From NCBI GenBank assembly GCA_964016885.1, contig OZ024752.1:35774001-35838000 (forward strand): DNA of 64,000 nt, given 5' to 3'. Made by a program: the position numbers and the translations under genes. How positions within the stretch are numbered: position 1 is the stretch's first letter; each line of letters begins with the position of its first letter. Under the pieces are notes generated by a model. That model had not been told where the DNA came from. It saw only the letters and a program-made list of their open reading frames with translations, and made no database searches. The stretch is from Eledone cirrhosa. Its lineage: Eukaryota. Positions 1 through 10,084 of this stretch are shown piece by piece.

Positions 1-222
1 TGGGAGGTATTTACCGTGTTGCCTACACGGCCACATTACAGCGTGGACTGTCTGGCGGGTTTTCTACAGCTGGATGCCCTTCCTAACACCAACCACGTTT
101 ACAGTGTGGGGCTGGGAGGTATTTACCGTGTTGCCTACACGGCCACATTACAGCGTGGACTGTCTGGCGGGTTTTCTACAGCTGGATGCCCTTCCTAACA
201 CCAACCACGTTTACAGTGTGGG
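1..222 (-). mobile_element. RTE LINE 3' UTR fragment (two 111-bp tandem units)
   Basis: Two 111-bp units that are near reverse complements of the tandem units at about 46190-46415 in the 3' UTR of the RTE copy. Confidence 0.75.
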
Positions 223-271
223 GAAATATATGTATGTGTATATATGTATGTATGTGTATATATATATATAT

Positions 272-465
272 ATAGGAAAATAGTCAGGACCCTGGCAGAT
301 GAGCTCCGGCCGTTTCGACAGCTAGTTCTGAACTAGCTGTCGAAACGGCTGGAGCTCAGCCGTCGGGGTCCTGACTATTTTCCTATTGCCCACTCTACTA
401 CCCATAGTATCGAGTACTCTGGTGCGTTATGGTCCACCTGGTTCCTTACCACACTTCCTTCGTTA
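272..465 (+). mobile_element. Short Penelope-type element with fold-back palindrome (272-386) and 3' half of a hammerhead ribozyme
   Basis: Inverted arms 272-328 and 330-386. The right arm has GAAA (342-345), helix III ACGGCTG/CAGCCGT and a GTC triplet (362-364). Flanked by (TA)n and homologous to about 59088-59190. Confidence 0.65.
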
Positions 466-480
466 TATATATATATATAT

Positions 481-504
481 AATTATCTTATGTTGTTTAT
501 TAAA

Positions 505-544
<40 letters not shown>

Positions 545-563
545 TCTTATGTTGTTTATTAAA

Positions 564-605
<42 letters not shown>

Positions 606-624
606 TCTTATGTTGTTTATTACA

Positions 625-664
<40 letters not shown>

Positions 665-683
665 TCTTATGTTGTTTATTACA

Positions 684-723
<40 letters not shown>

Positions 724-742
724 TCTTATGTTGTTTATTAAA

Positions 743-784
<42 letters not shown>

Positions 785-803
785 TCTTATGTTGTTTATT
801 AAA

Positions 804-841
<38 letters not shown>

Positions 842-888
842 TCTTATGTTGTTTATTACATAACTATATATATATATATATATATATA
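481..888. repeat. Seven tandem units of ATTATCTTATGTTGTTTATTA(A/C)ATAAC plus (TA)n
   Basis: Units start near 482, 541, 602, 661, 720, 781 and 838. An eighth copy lies at about 5389-5441. Confidence 0.95.
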
Positions 889-1082
889 AGAGGGTGTTAA
901 AGTTTGCTTGAAGCATTGTGAAATGTGTAAAAATACGTAGTTAAGAAAGCCACAACAATGCAAAGGGAAATCTCGAGGTAGGAAGTGAAATATAGATAGG
1001 AAAAACAGGTGAAAGTGAAAGTTGAGAGAGACAAAGATGAAAACAAAACAAAGGTAGAAGGGTTACCGTAGTAGAGATTTAA

Positions 1083-1118
1083 TCCCAATATTTCGGGCTC
1101 ACGCCCATCAACGGGGGA
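1083..1118 (-). ncRNA. Minimal type I hammerhead-like motif with variant core (PLE pLTR, left copy)
   Basis: Exact reverse complement of 5194-5229. Confidence 0.55.
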
Positions 1119-1714
1119 AAAGTTCCAAAAGGGGGGAAAACAGGCCAAGCGGAGAAAGTGGTGATGTCGTTAAGACAGGAATGCCGTTATGGGGAGAAAA
1201 ATATTTAAAATTTAAACGAGGGAAAGAATGCGCGTGCGCGTGATAAGCTGTGGCAAAAGCTTCTGACCAAATGGGTTAAATCAAGAGGGTGCGTTAGCGT
1301 GTGAAAGCCGTAAGATATGTGTATGTAAATATATATGTGTGTGTGACTGTGTGTGTATAAGTGTAAGTGTGTATATGTGTGTGTGAAAGATAGTGGGCTG
1401 TAGAAGTTGGAAATGAAAGGGTGTGAAAGGTGGTAGGTTGTAAAATATGTGTGCGTGTATAAATATAGATCTGTGTGTGTGTAAGCATATGGGTATACAT
1501 GTGTGTGTGTAACTGTGTGTGTATATGTGTGAGTGCGTTTGTGTGTGAAAGATAGTGGGCTGTAGAAGCTGGAAATCAAAGGGTGTGAAAGGTGGTAGGT
1601 TGTAAAAACATGTGTGCGTGTAAAATATAGAAGTGTGTGTGCATGCGTATGGGTATGCATATACGTGCGTGTGTGTGAAGATAGCAGGCCGTAGGCTGTG
1701 AATGGTCATTATGG

Positions 1715-3394
1715 TTAAGTTAGCCATGTCAGCTCATTTCTCTCAGCCCGGTTGTTAAGTGGGGGTCTGAGGTTCTTAATAACAAGTGCTTCCTTTATCC
1801 TTAAGGATCCGATGCTGCGTTCAGTCGCTAGGACTGTGACCAAGGGTCTACCTTGTGGGTTTCCGCATTTAAGGATATGTTTACGGAAGGAAGATGCGTT
1901 GGTGTTGATATGTTCCTTGATACGAACATGTAGGGGTCGGATGGTGCTACCTATGTAAAACTTGTTACATTTATCGCATTGAATCTTATATACGACATAG
2001 GTGCGTAGGCAATCTGCCCCCCGTATCGGGCAGTTGCTGAGGGAACACGTGCCATCTGCCTCGTAGGGTTTGTTGGAGAGGCATCTTCGCAGCGAAGGTC
2101 CTGTGTGGGCCAAATGTATGTCAAGTCCCTCCGTCCGTATGGCCCTGCGGATGGCGTTCGTGGTATATTCACTCAGGTGGGGGATTTTAAAGAAGCACCT
2201 GCTAATATTAAGTTTTCTAGTGGGTGTCTGTCTACTGGGTCTGGGGTCTCTAATTCCGTTAATCAGTCGCTTGGGATAACCATTAGATCTGAGTAGATTA
2301 CGGAATTGCGTGGTATGGGTGAGACCACCCATCGGGTCGCTGCATCTGTTAGTGATCCGTGTCAGTTCATTTAGGACATAGCCTCTCTTAGCGTTGTTGG
2401 GGAGGGCTGAGTTATAATGCACAAATAAGTCCTTGCACGCTGCTTTGCGGTAGAAAGTGGTGTTTATGTCTCCTTCTTCCGAGATGTTGATACGGAAGTT
2501 GAGGAGGGCAAGTGACCCGTCTTCTCCTGGGTGTTCGATGGTGAAATCGATGTGTTGGTCAGTATCGTTGAAGATTTGGTGAATTTCATTCGCCATCTCC
2601 CGGGAAGAAGTAAGTATCAGGATATCATCAACGTATCTGGAGTAGAAGGCGACGGCGTTGGGTTGGCAGGTATTGAGTGCCTTGCGTTCCAGATGGTCCA
2701 TGTACGAGATCGCAAGTATGCCGGACAGACTAGAGCCCATATGTAGCCCAGAGATTTGTTTGTACGTGTGGCCGAGGAAATTGAAGAGTGCATTATCCAC
2801 AACGAAGGAGAGGAGTTGGTGGATGTCCGTGTGTGTGAGTCCGAAGCGGTGTAAGTTAGATGCTCGGACTCGTTCGGTCAACAGGTCGACAGCTGGGGAT
2901 GCTGGTACGGAGGTATAAAGGGCGACCACATCAAGACTGAAGGCATAACCGTTGTCCTTTCTGGTGTTGGGCGCCAAATGGTGTAGTCGCTCCAAGACTT
3001 CCTTTGAGCTGCAGACGTGGGCTGGTAGTGTGTGTAGAATAGGTTTCAGTAGTGTGGAAAGCAGCCACGATATTTTATAGAGTGGGCCCTCCACGCTAGA
3101 GACAATGGGCCTGATTTTCAAATCGGGTCCTTGTTTATGTGTTTTGACCAGGTGGTAGAAGGTGGGTAATTTGCTGTTTCGAGTCATTATGTTGTTTTTT
3201 ACCTTCTTTGGCAGTTTTCGTTGGACACATATGTTAGTCCATATGGTGTTAATGCCTTCCTCGATTAGAGTCGAGGAGGTCCCTGTGACTTTCGAGTAGA
3301 GGCTGTGGTCATTAAGATGTTGGAGAGCTAAGTTGTTGTAGGTCTCTCTCGAGATGACACAGAATTCTTTCCCCTTGTCAGAGGGAAGGTACAC
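1715..3394 (-). CDS. PLE reverse transcriptase plus C-terminal GIY-YIG endonuclease
   Basis: Motifs SDKG, KTHK..IRPIVS, SLDVVALYTSVP, GLHMGS, RYVDD and YRK. Endonuclease VVYKIQCDKCNKFYIGSTIRPLHVRIKEH. Confidence 0.93.
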   Translation of the reverse strand: MYLPSDKGKEFCVISRETYNNLALQHLNDHSLYSKVTGTSSTLIEEGINTIWTNICVQRKLPKKVKNNIMTRNSKLPTFYHLVKTHKQGPDLKIRPIVSSVEGPLYKISWLLSTLLKPILHTLPAHVCSSKEVLERLHHLAPNTRKDNGYAFSLDVVALYTSVPASPAVDLLTERVRASNLHRFGLTHTDIHQLLSFVVDNALFNFLGHTYKQISGLHMGSSLSGILAISYMDHLERKALNTCQPNAVAFYSRYVDDILILTSSREMANEIHQIFNDTDQHIDFTIEHPGEDGSLALLNFRINISEEGDINTTFYRKAACKDLFVHYNSALPNNAKRGYVLNELTRITNRCSDPMGGLTHTTQFRNLLRSNGYPKRLINGIRDPRPSRQTPTRKLNISRCFFKIPHLSEYTTNAIRRAIRTEGLDIHLAHTGPSLRRCLSNKPYEADGTCSLSNCPIRGADCLRTYVVYKIQCDKCNKFYIGSTIRPLHVRIKEHINTNASSFRKHILKCGNPQGRPLVTVLATERSIGSLRIKEALVIKNLRPPLNNRAERNELTWLT

Positions 3395-4071
3395 AAGGTT
3401 CCTGGATCTTAGGTTGGTGAGAGTATTAAATTGTGCATTGGTGAGGTTGCGTTTATTGTGTGTGTGTGTGTTGGGAAAGGATGTTAGAGATAGAATGTTT
3501 CAACCTGAGTAGTTTAGTGTCAAGTTCGTGGTTGGTGGGTGGAGTGGGTTGTCGAGGTGATACGTGGGGAGTGTGGGGTGGGTTGTGGGGTTGTAATCGA
3601 TCTCGGTGTTGTTTTGGATGGTGGTTAGCCATTTCAGTTGATAAGCTGTCCGACAGAAGTTGGTTTCGATGTCGAGTTTCAGTCTATCATCGAGACGCTG
3701 TGTAATGATGAACTTGGGTCCGAGGCGCAGAAGTTCGAGTTCGTCGTTGGTGAGGGTACCGGTTAAGTCGGTAACGAGGTGTGAAGCATCGTTGGTAGGT
3801 AGATCGATGTTGGGGGGTGTAGCGGAGGGTGTTGTACAGCTGTTGTCCCTGGTGTGGTTGTAGTCGGTCCGTCTGTGGGAGCGGATGTTGTCAATGTAGT
3901 ATTTGTTTACAGTCCATTCGTATTTCCGTACAAGGCGCTGTTTATCAAATTTGACTCTGGTGTGGTAACACTGATCTATAGCTTTGCATATATCCTGGAC
4001 TTGGTGGTCAGGGGTGAGGATTGGAGCTATACGATCTAAGTGCTCAGAAAGCGTTTGTATATGGAGTCGCT
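3395..4071 (-). pseudogene. Disrupted N-terminal part of the PLE ORF
   Basis: Contains the PLE-typical LTNDELELLRLGPKF. Same frame as the RT ORF but interrupted by TGA at 3502-3500, and truncated at the inversion junction near 4071. Confidence 0.8.
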
Positions 4072-4585
4072 GACACCCACTAGAAAACTTAATATTAGCA
4101 GGTGCTTCTTTAAAATCCCCCACCTGAGTGAATATACCACGAACGCCATCCGCAGGGCCATACGGACGGAGGGACTTGACATACATTTGGCCCACACAGG
4201 ACCTTCGCTGCGAAGATGCCTCTCCAACAAACCCTACGAGGCAGATGGCACGTGTTCCCTCAGCAACTGCCCGATACGGGGGGCAGATTGCCTACGCACC
4301 TATGTCGTATATAAGATTCAATGCGATAAATGTAACAAGTTTTACATAGGTAGCACCATCCGACCCCTACATGTTCGTATCAAGGAACATATCAACACCA
4401 ACGCATCTTCCTTCCGTAAACATATCCTTAAATGCGGAAACCCACAAGGTAGACCCTTGGTCACAGTCCTAGCGACTGAACGCAGCATCGGATCCTTAAG
4501 GATAAAGGAAGCACTTGTTATTAAGAACCTCAGACCCCCACTTAACAACCGGGCTGAGAGAAATGAGCTGACATGGCTAACTTAA
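4072..4585 (+). pseudogene. Inverted duplicate of the PLE GIY-YIG endonuclease coding segment
   Basis: Translation matches the C-terminal part of the 1715-3394 ORF from TPTRKLN onward. Confidence 0.9.
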
Positions 4586-5193
4586 CCATAATGACCATTC
4601 ACAGCCTACGGCCTGTTATCTTCACACACACGCACGTATATGCATACCCATACGCATGCACACACACTTCTATATTTTACACGCACACATGTTTTTACAA
4701 CCTACCACCTTTCACACCCTTTGATTTCCAGCTTCTACAGCCCACTATCTTTCACACACAAACGCACTCACACATATACACACACAGTTACACACACACA
4801 TGTATACCCATACGCTTACACACACACACATCTATATTTATACACGCACACATATTTTACAACCTACCACCTTTCACACCCTTTCATTTCCAACTTCTAC
4901 AACCCACTATCTTTCACACACACACACACTCACACATATACACACTTACACTTATACACACACAGGCACACACACATATATATTTACATACACATATCTT
5001 ACGGCTTTCACACGCTAACGCACCCTCTTGATTTAACCCATTTGGTCAGAAGCTTTTGCCACAGCTTATCACGCGCACGCGCATTCTTTCCCTCGTTTAA
5101 ATTTTAAATATTTTTCTCCCCATAACGGCATTCCTGTCTTAACGACATCACCACTTTCTCCGCTTGGCCTGTTTTCCCCCCTTTTGGAACTTT

Positions 5194-5229
5194 TCCCCCG
5201 TTGATGGGCGTGAGCCCGAAATATTGGGA
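5194..5229 (+). ncRNA. Minimal type I hammerhead-like motif with variant core (PLE pLTR, right copy)
   Basis: TCCC, CCGTTGA, T GGGC GTGA GCCC, GAAA, TAT, T, GGGA. This gives helix I UCCC/GGGA, a GNRA-capped helix II and palindromic helix III AUAU. The core differs from CUGAUGA at two positions. Confidence 0.55.
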
Positions 5230-5442
5230 TTAAATCTCTACTACGGTAACCCTTCTACCTTTGTTTTGTTTTCATCTTTGTCTCTCTCAACTTTCACTTT
5301 CACCTGTTTTTCCTATCTATATTTCACTTCCTACCTCGAGATTTCCCTTTGCATTGTTGTGGCTTTCTTAAATACGTATATATATATAATTATCTTATGT
5401 TGTTTATTACATAACTATATATATATATATATATATATATAA

Positions 5443-5895
<453 letters not shown>

Positions 5896-6339
5896 GACAA
5901 CACCATTGAATGAAAGTATTTTATATTTAGGACACCCGTTCTGCTCCAATCCCACACCCCCACTTCCAGTTGTTTTGTCCTTCATTTGTAGTCAATGAAT
6001 TTTAAATAAAAAAGAATTCAGAACGTTTTTCACAGATTGTAGCAGGTGTTTGTTGGGGGGGGGCAGACACATAGTAGCATATATATGTATGTGGGACAGA
6101 CAGGTGTAGCTGTCATTGTGTGCAGGGGAGGGGGGGCAGATTGTAGCATTCGTATGATGGGGGGGGGGGGGGCAGAGAAAAAAGTTGTTAAAGAATTTCT
6201 GATGATTAAAAAAAAAAAAAAACAGATTTTCCTTTCAATTGGAGTTTAGGTTACCTGTGGCAGGACCTGCTGGAAGGAGTGTTTGAGGACCCTGCTCCCT
6301 CACGACCCTCCTAGGAATATGTGGGAGGAGGAGGGGGAC

Positions 6340-6368
6340 TGTAACAACAACAGCCACAACAGTAACAA

Positions 6369-6412
<44 letters not shown>

Positions 6413-6838
6413 CCAGCAACAGCAACAACAACAACAGCAGCAGCAACAATAACAACAACAACTGTAACAACAGCAGCAGCAATAGCAACAACAACTGTAA
6501 CAACAACAGCAACAACAGCAACCACAATAACAACAGCAACGACAGTAACAACAACAACAACAGCAACAATAACAACAACAACTGTAACAACAGCAGCAAC
6601 AACAGCAGCAGCAGCAACAATAGCAACAACAACTGTAACAACTGTAACAACAGCAGCAACCACAACAGCAGCAACAACAGCAACCACAATAACAACAGCA
6701 ACGACAGTAACAACAACAACAACAACAACCACAATAACAACGGAACAATAACAGCAACGACAATGACAATGATGACGACAAAGTCAACAATAACCACTAC
6801 AACAACAACAACAACCACAACAGCAAAAGCAACAGCAA
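6340..6838. repeat. (CAA/CAG)n trinucleotide-type low-complexity tract
   Basis: Read directly from the sequence. Lies just inside the intron after the PGAP3 donor site. Confidence 0.9.
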
Positions 6839-6843
6839 CTCAC

Positions 6844-7131
6844 CTTTCCATAGAACTGCGGTATTTGTTGGCTGTCTTTCTGAAATGCATCAACTGTGTA
6901 CCACATACAAGTGTACTTACATTCATCTTCACAGCGCCAGCCTGTTAGTTTCAAAGTGAGGGGTTGGCGACTGGCAAACAGTCTCATATTAGTACAGTTT
7001 TTATGTAGACAACCACTAAGGCACCGTTGAAATATCCAGGAAGAATCTCCCTTTGAACAAGTTACCGATTTCGTTTTCTCATGGAGGAAGATAAAAGTGA
7101 CCAGAAATATGCATGACAAGTTGCACTTCAT
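6844..7131 (-). CDS. PGAP3: PGAP3/Per1 (post-GPI attachment to proteins factor 3), first coding exon
   Basis: 96 codons: signal-peptide-like N-terminus, SKGD, Cys pattern, QPLTLKLTGWRCEDECKYTCMWYTV and PQFYGK (Per1 family PQFHGKW). Acceptor ttttcattacag before 7138, donor AAG/GTGAGT after 6844. Confidence 0.92.
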
Positions 7132-7271
7132 GATCAGTCTGTAATGAAAAATAGATAAAGTATTTAACATATGTACAAGGGTCAGCTGACCAAGATACGC
7201 TCATGGAATAAATAAATAAATGAGGTTTATTTTTCAACATAGTCTTCTGGAAAGAAACAATGCAGTTCCCA

Positions 7272-7477
7272 TACGAGGGCCGGCAGAAAAGGTCATAAGC
7301 TGACTGAAATACTCTCATGAAATGACCAAATGGGGTTTATTTTTTCAACATAGTCCCCGGAAAGAAACAGTGCAGTTATCAGTAATAAAAAGAGTTGAAA
7401 CTAATACATGCAAAATTTCACAGCTCTAGCATCATTTCTTCATAGTCAGCCTGTGAACTTTTCAGCTGACTCTCATA
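7272..7477. mobile_element. Mariner-type MITE
   Basis: TACGAGGGCCGGC..AAAAG(G/T)TCA-type TIRs with TA ends. Related copies at about 7174-7270, 10960-11310, 57555-57903 and 58191-58302. Confidence 0.7.
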
Positions 7478-7496
7478 TGTACAATGTTGACAACAA

Positions 7497-8002
7497 AAGA
7501 CTTCTTCCTATGTACTGAAGGATGGCTGTATGATGCCTGTGTGCAAAGTGCAATGCTGCATGGTAGTGAAACATGGGCAGTGACTGCAGAGGACATAAGT
7601 AGACTGGAGAGAAATGAAGCAACCATGCTTCATTGGATGTGTAATGTAAATGTGAGAGAAAGGCAGAGGTTGGATGAACTGAGGGAGAAACTGGATTTAA
7701 GAGGAATCCGAAGTGGTGTGCAGGAGAGAAGACTGCATCCATACAGACATGTGATGTGCATGGATGATGATTGTTGGGTTGAAGAAGTGGCAGGAAATGA
7801 CATTGGAAAAGAAACAGCAGTAGAGGTAAACCAAGAAAGACCTGGGCAGAGCTGGTGAGAGCTGATCTTAAATCGTTGAAACTCACAGAGGAGATGACGA
7901 AGGAATGCAGTAAATGGAGAGATGCTGTGCTGAAACGGACCTGTCCAACCTATGCAAGCATGGAAAACAGACATAAAAATGATGATGATGATGATGATGA
8001 TG
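7497..8002 (+). mobile_element. RTE LINE 3' fragment, degenerate
   Basis: LYDACVQSAMLHGSETW...RLERNE motif and (GAT)n tail. Confidence 0.85.
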
Positions 8003-8340
8003 AAGGTTAAAAATAATGCGTTACATTACTGAAGTCATACTTTTTACCTCTTTGTTTTAACAGCTGTTACCCTATGTTCAGTCCTAATAATGTTTGCTTT
8101 TGTAATTATTTAAATAGATTGACACTTTCTCAACATGTAAGCTTTTTAACAACATAGGTAACATATACATCAACTGGCCTATCATTATAATTATTTTAAA
8201 CAACATAAGTAAAATAATTAACAGAAATCTATAAATTATTTTGTCAACTTGGCATGATTTACACATCCATATATACAGAACAGCTAGACACATTGTCAAC
8301 AGCCTGGACTATCCTAAAACACTATCCTGTCTACCCAGCT

Positions 8341-8745
8341 TTAACCTTTAATTTTCAAACCGGCCAGAATTCTCTACCTTTTTCTGTTGAAACTGGCTGT
8401 AACTGGTCACTCAAACTGATGTTAAGGTATTGTTCTCAAAATAAATACTTTCAAAATCTCATAGATTCGATATTATGCGAGATAATTATGTGAGATAAAG
8501 CCTTTACCATGAAAATACAATAGTATATATAGAATAATTGTTTCTACTTTTGGCACAAGGCCAGCAATTATTCCAGTGTATTACTGGTACTTTATTTTAT
8601 CGACCCCGTAAGGATGAAAGGCAAAGTTAACCTCAGCAGGATTTGAACTAACTGTGCTGCAAAGCATGGCGTCCGACCCTCTACCAATACTGCCAATCCA
8701 CCGCCCTTATAGTATATATAGAATAATGTGAATGCTAAAGGGTTA
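8341..8745. mobile_element. piggyBac-type MITE with nested tRNA-derived SINE
   Basis: TTAACC...AATGCTAAAGGGTTAA ends. SINE on the minus strand at about 8537-8708, flanked by a TAGTATATATAGAATAAT duplication. Confidence 0.75.
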
Positions 8746-8892
8746 ATAAACAAACTCTGCAGCAATAATAGCTCTATTACCTAGAAAACATGATCCTAAA
8801 CCAAACCAATCCAATCCAATCCAGGGCCTCCTCATTCCTGTTGGAGCAACCCCTCCTTGGTTAGATGTATATATATCTATATATATATATAA

Positions 8893-9075
8893 TATAGAAA
8901 GGCTTCTACAGGACTAGAACTGTTTCATTCGGGAGAAATCATCTTGATGATTTCTCCCGAATGAAACAGTTCTAGTCCTGTAGAAGCCTTTCTATACTAA
9001 ATATTTATACTCTGCTTTGTATTGAGTACCTTACTTACTGTGGTTACCCTCGATTGAACCCAGGATAAACTTATA
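8893..9075 (+). mobile_element. Short Penelope-type element with perfect 51-bp fold-back palindrome and 3' half hammerhead
   Basis: Arms 8893-8943 and 8946-8996. GAAA (8963-8966), helix III ACAG/CTGT and GTA triplet (8980-8982). Downstream ACTCTGCT..TATTGAGTAC motif, (TA)n flanks. Confidence 0.65.
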
Positions 9076-9167
9076 TAGAGATTGTTTTGGTAAAAACAGG
9101 CGCAAGCAGGAGAAAGCTCTCAACACTCGTAGTTTGTAGTTACGATGGAGATTCAGTATAATAATAA

Positions 9168-9749
9168 TCTAAACTATAATAAAGTAAGAAATGCGGGACT
9201 GCGTACGGTTTATAATTTTTTATCCCATTAGTAAAATAAGTTGGATTACCTTGAATAAATAATTGTTTCTACTTTTGGCACAAGGCCAGCAATTATCCCA
9301 GTGCATTACTGGTACTTTATTTTATCGACCCCGTAAGGATGAATGGCAAAGTTAACCTCGGCAAGATTTGAACTCAGAACAAATGAATGAATATTACATA
9401 ATTTATCTACTAAATTTTGTGGCTGTTCATTAAATATATTTTATTATTTATTTAAGGATTCACTTCTTTAAAATTTTTAAATGACAACACTTCCAGTGGA
9501 GATCGCTTAAATAAACATATCACTTTTCTGTCACTAATTTTCTCCAGTTTATATATAATATCGTCTTTTTTTAATGTATCATGGATTACGTTACTGATTA
9601 CATAAGACAGTGTAACACAGACTCTCTTCAATTTCTGTGTATATTGTCAATTATGATTTTATTTGACATATCATATCTACATGTATATATACTTGCGTAT
9701 AATATCAATATATACACTACACATGCTAGCAGAAAACCACCCGAAGGTG
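9168..9749 (+). mobile_element. Non-autonomous Helitron with damaged 3' end and nested SINE fragment
   Basis: A/TCTAAACTATAATAAAG 5' end. Homologous over its length to the reverse complement of 37638-38529. Confidence 0.7.
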
Positions 9750-10084
9750 TAATTCATGCATTTGTTGTTGTTATGAATTACATCTTGATTGCATGGGAGA
9801 ACCATTGAAATAATTATAATGAATAAATGATTTATGTAACATCAGCATCTTTAATATATATATATATATACACACACACATCCAATCTAGTCCAGAGCCT
9901 TCTCACTCCTGTTGGAGGAACCCCCTCCTTGGCTGGGTGTGTGTGTGTGTGTGTTTAGGAAGGGCATCCAGCTGTAGAAATCAAGCCAGAATCAGTTCCC
10001 GTCCCACCCTTGCAAGCAGGGAAAAGCGGACGTAAAATGATGATGATGATGATGATGATGATATATCATCATCATACGTGAAGA

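Larger units (their letters stand above)
889..5379 (-). mobile_element. Penelope-like retroelement (PLE), 5'-truncated, with inverted 3'-end duplication (pLTR)
   Basis: RT-GIY-YIG ORF on the minus strand. 933-2228 is repeated in inverted orientation at 4072-5379. The left copy has an extra tail of about 45 bp (889-932). Inserted in (TA)n. Confidence 0.93.

Noticed and set aside
481-888. CRISPR-like repeat-spacer pattern
   Set aside because: The spacers are only (TA)n of varying length, the context is eukaryotic, and there are no cas genes.
6235-6948. Poly-Asn/Ser, poly-Cys, poly-Leu and poly-Val ORFs
   Set aside because: Products of a trinucleotide tract lying after the PGAP3 splice donor.
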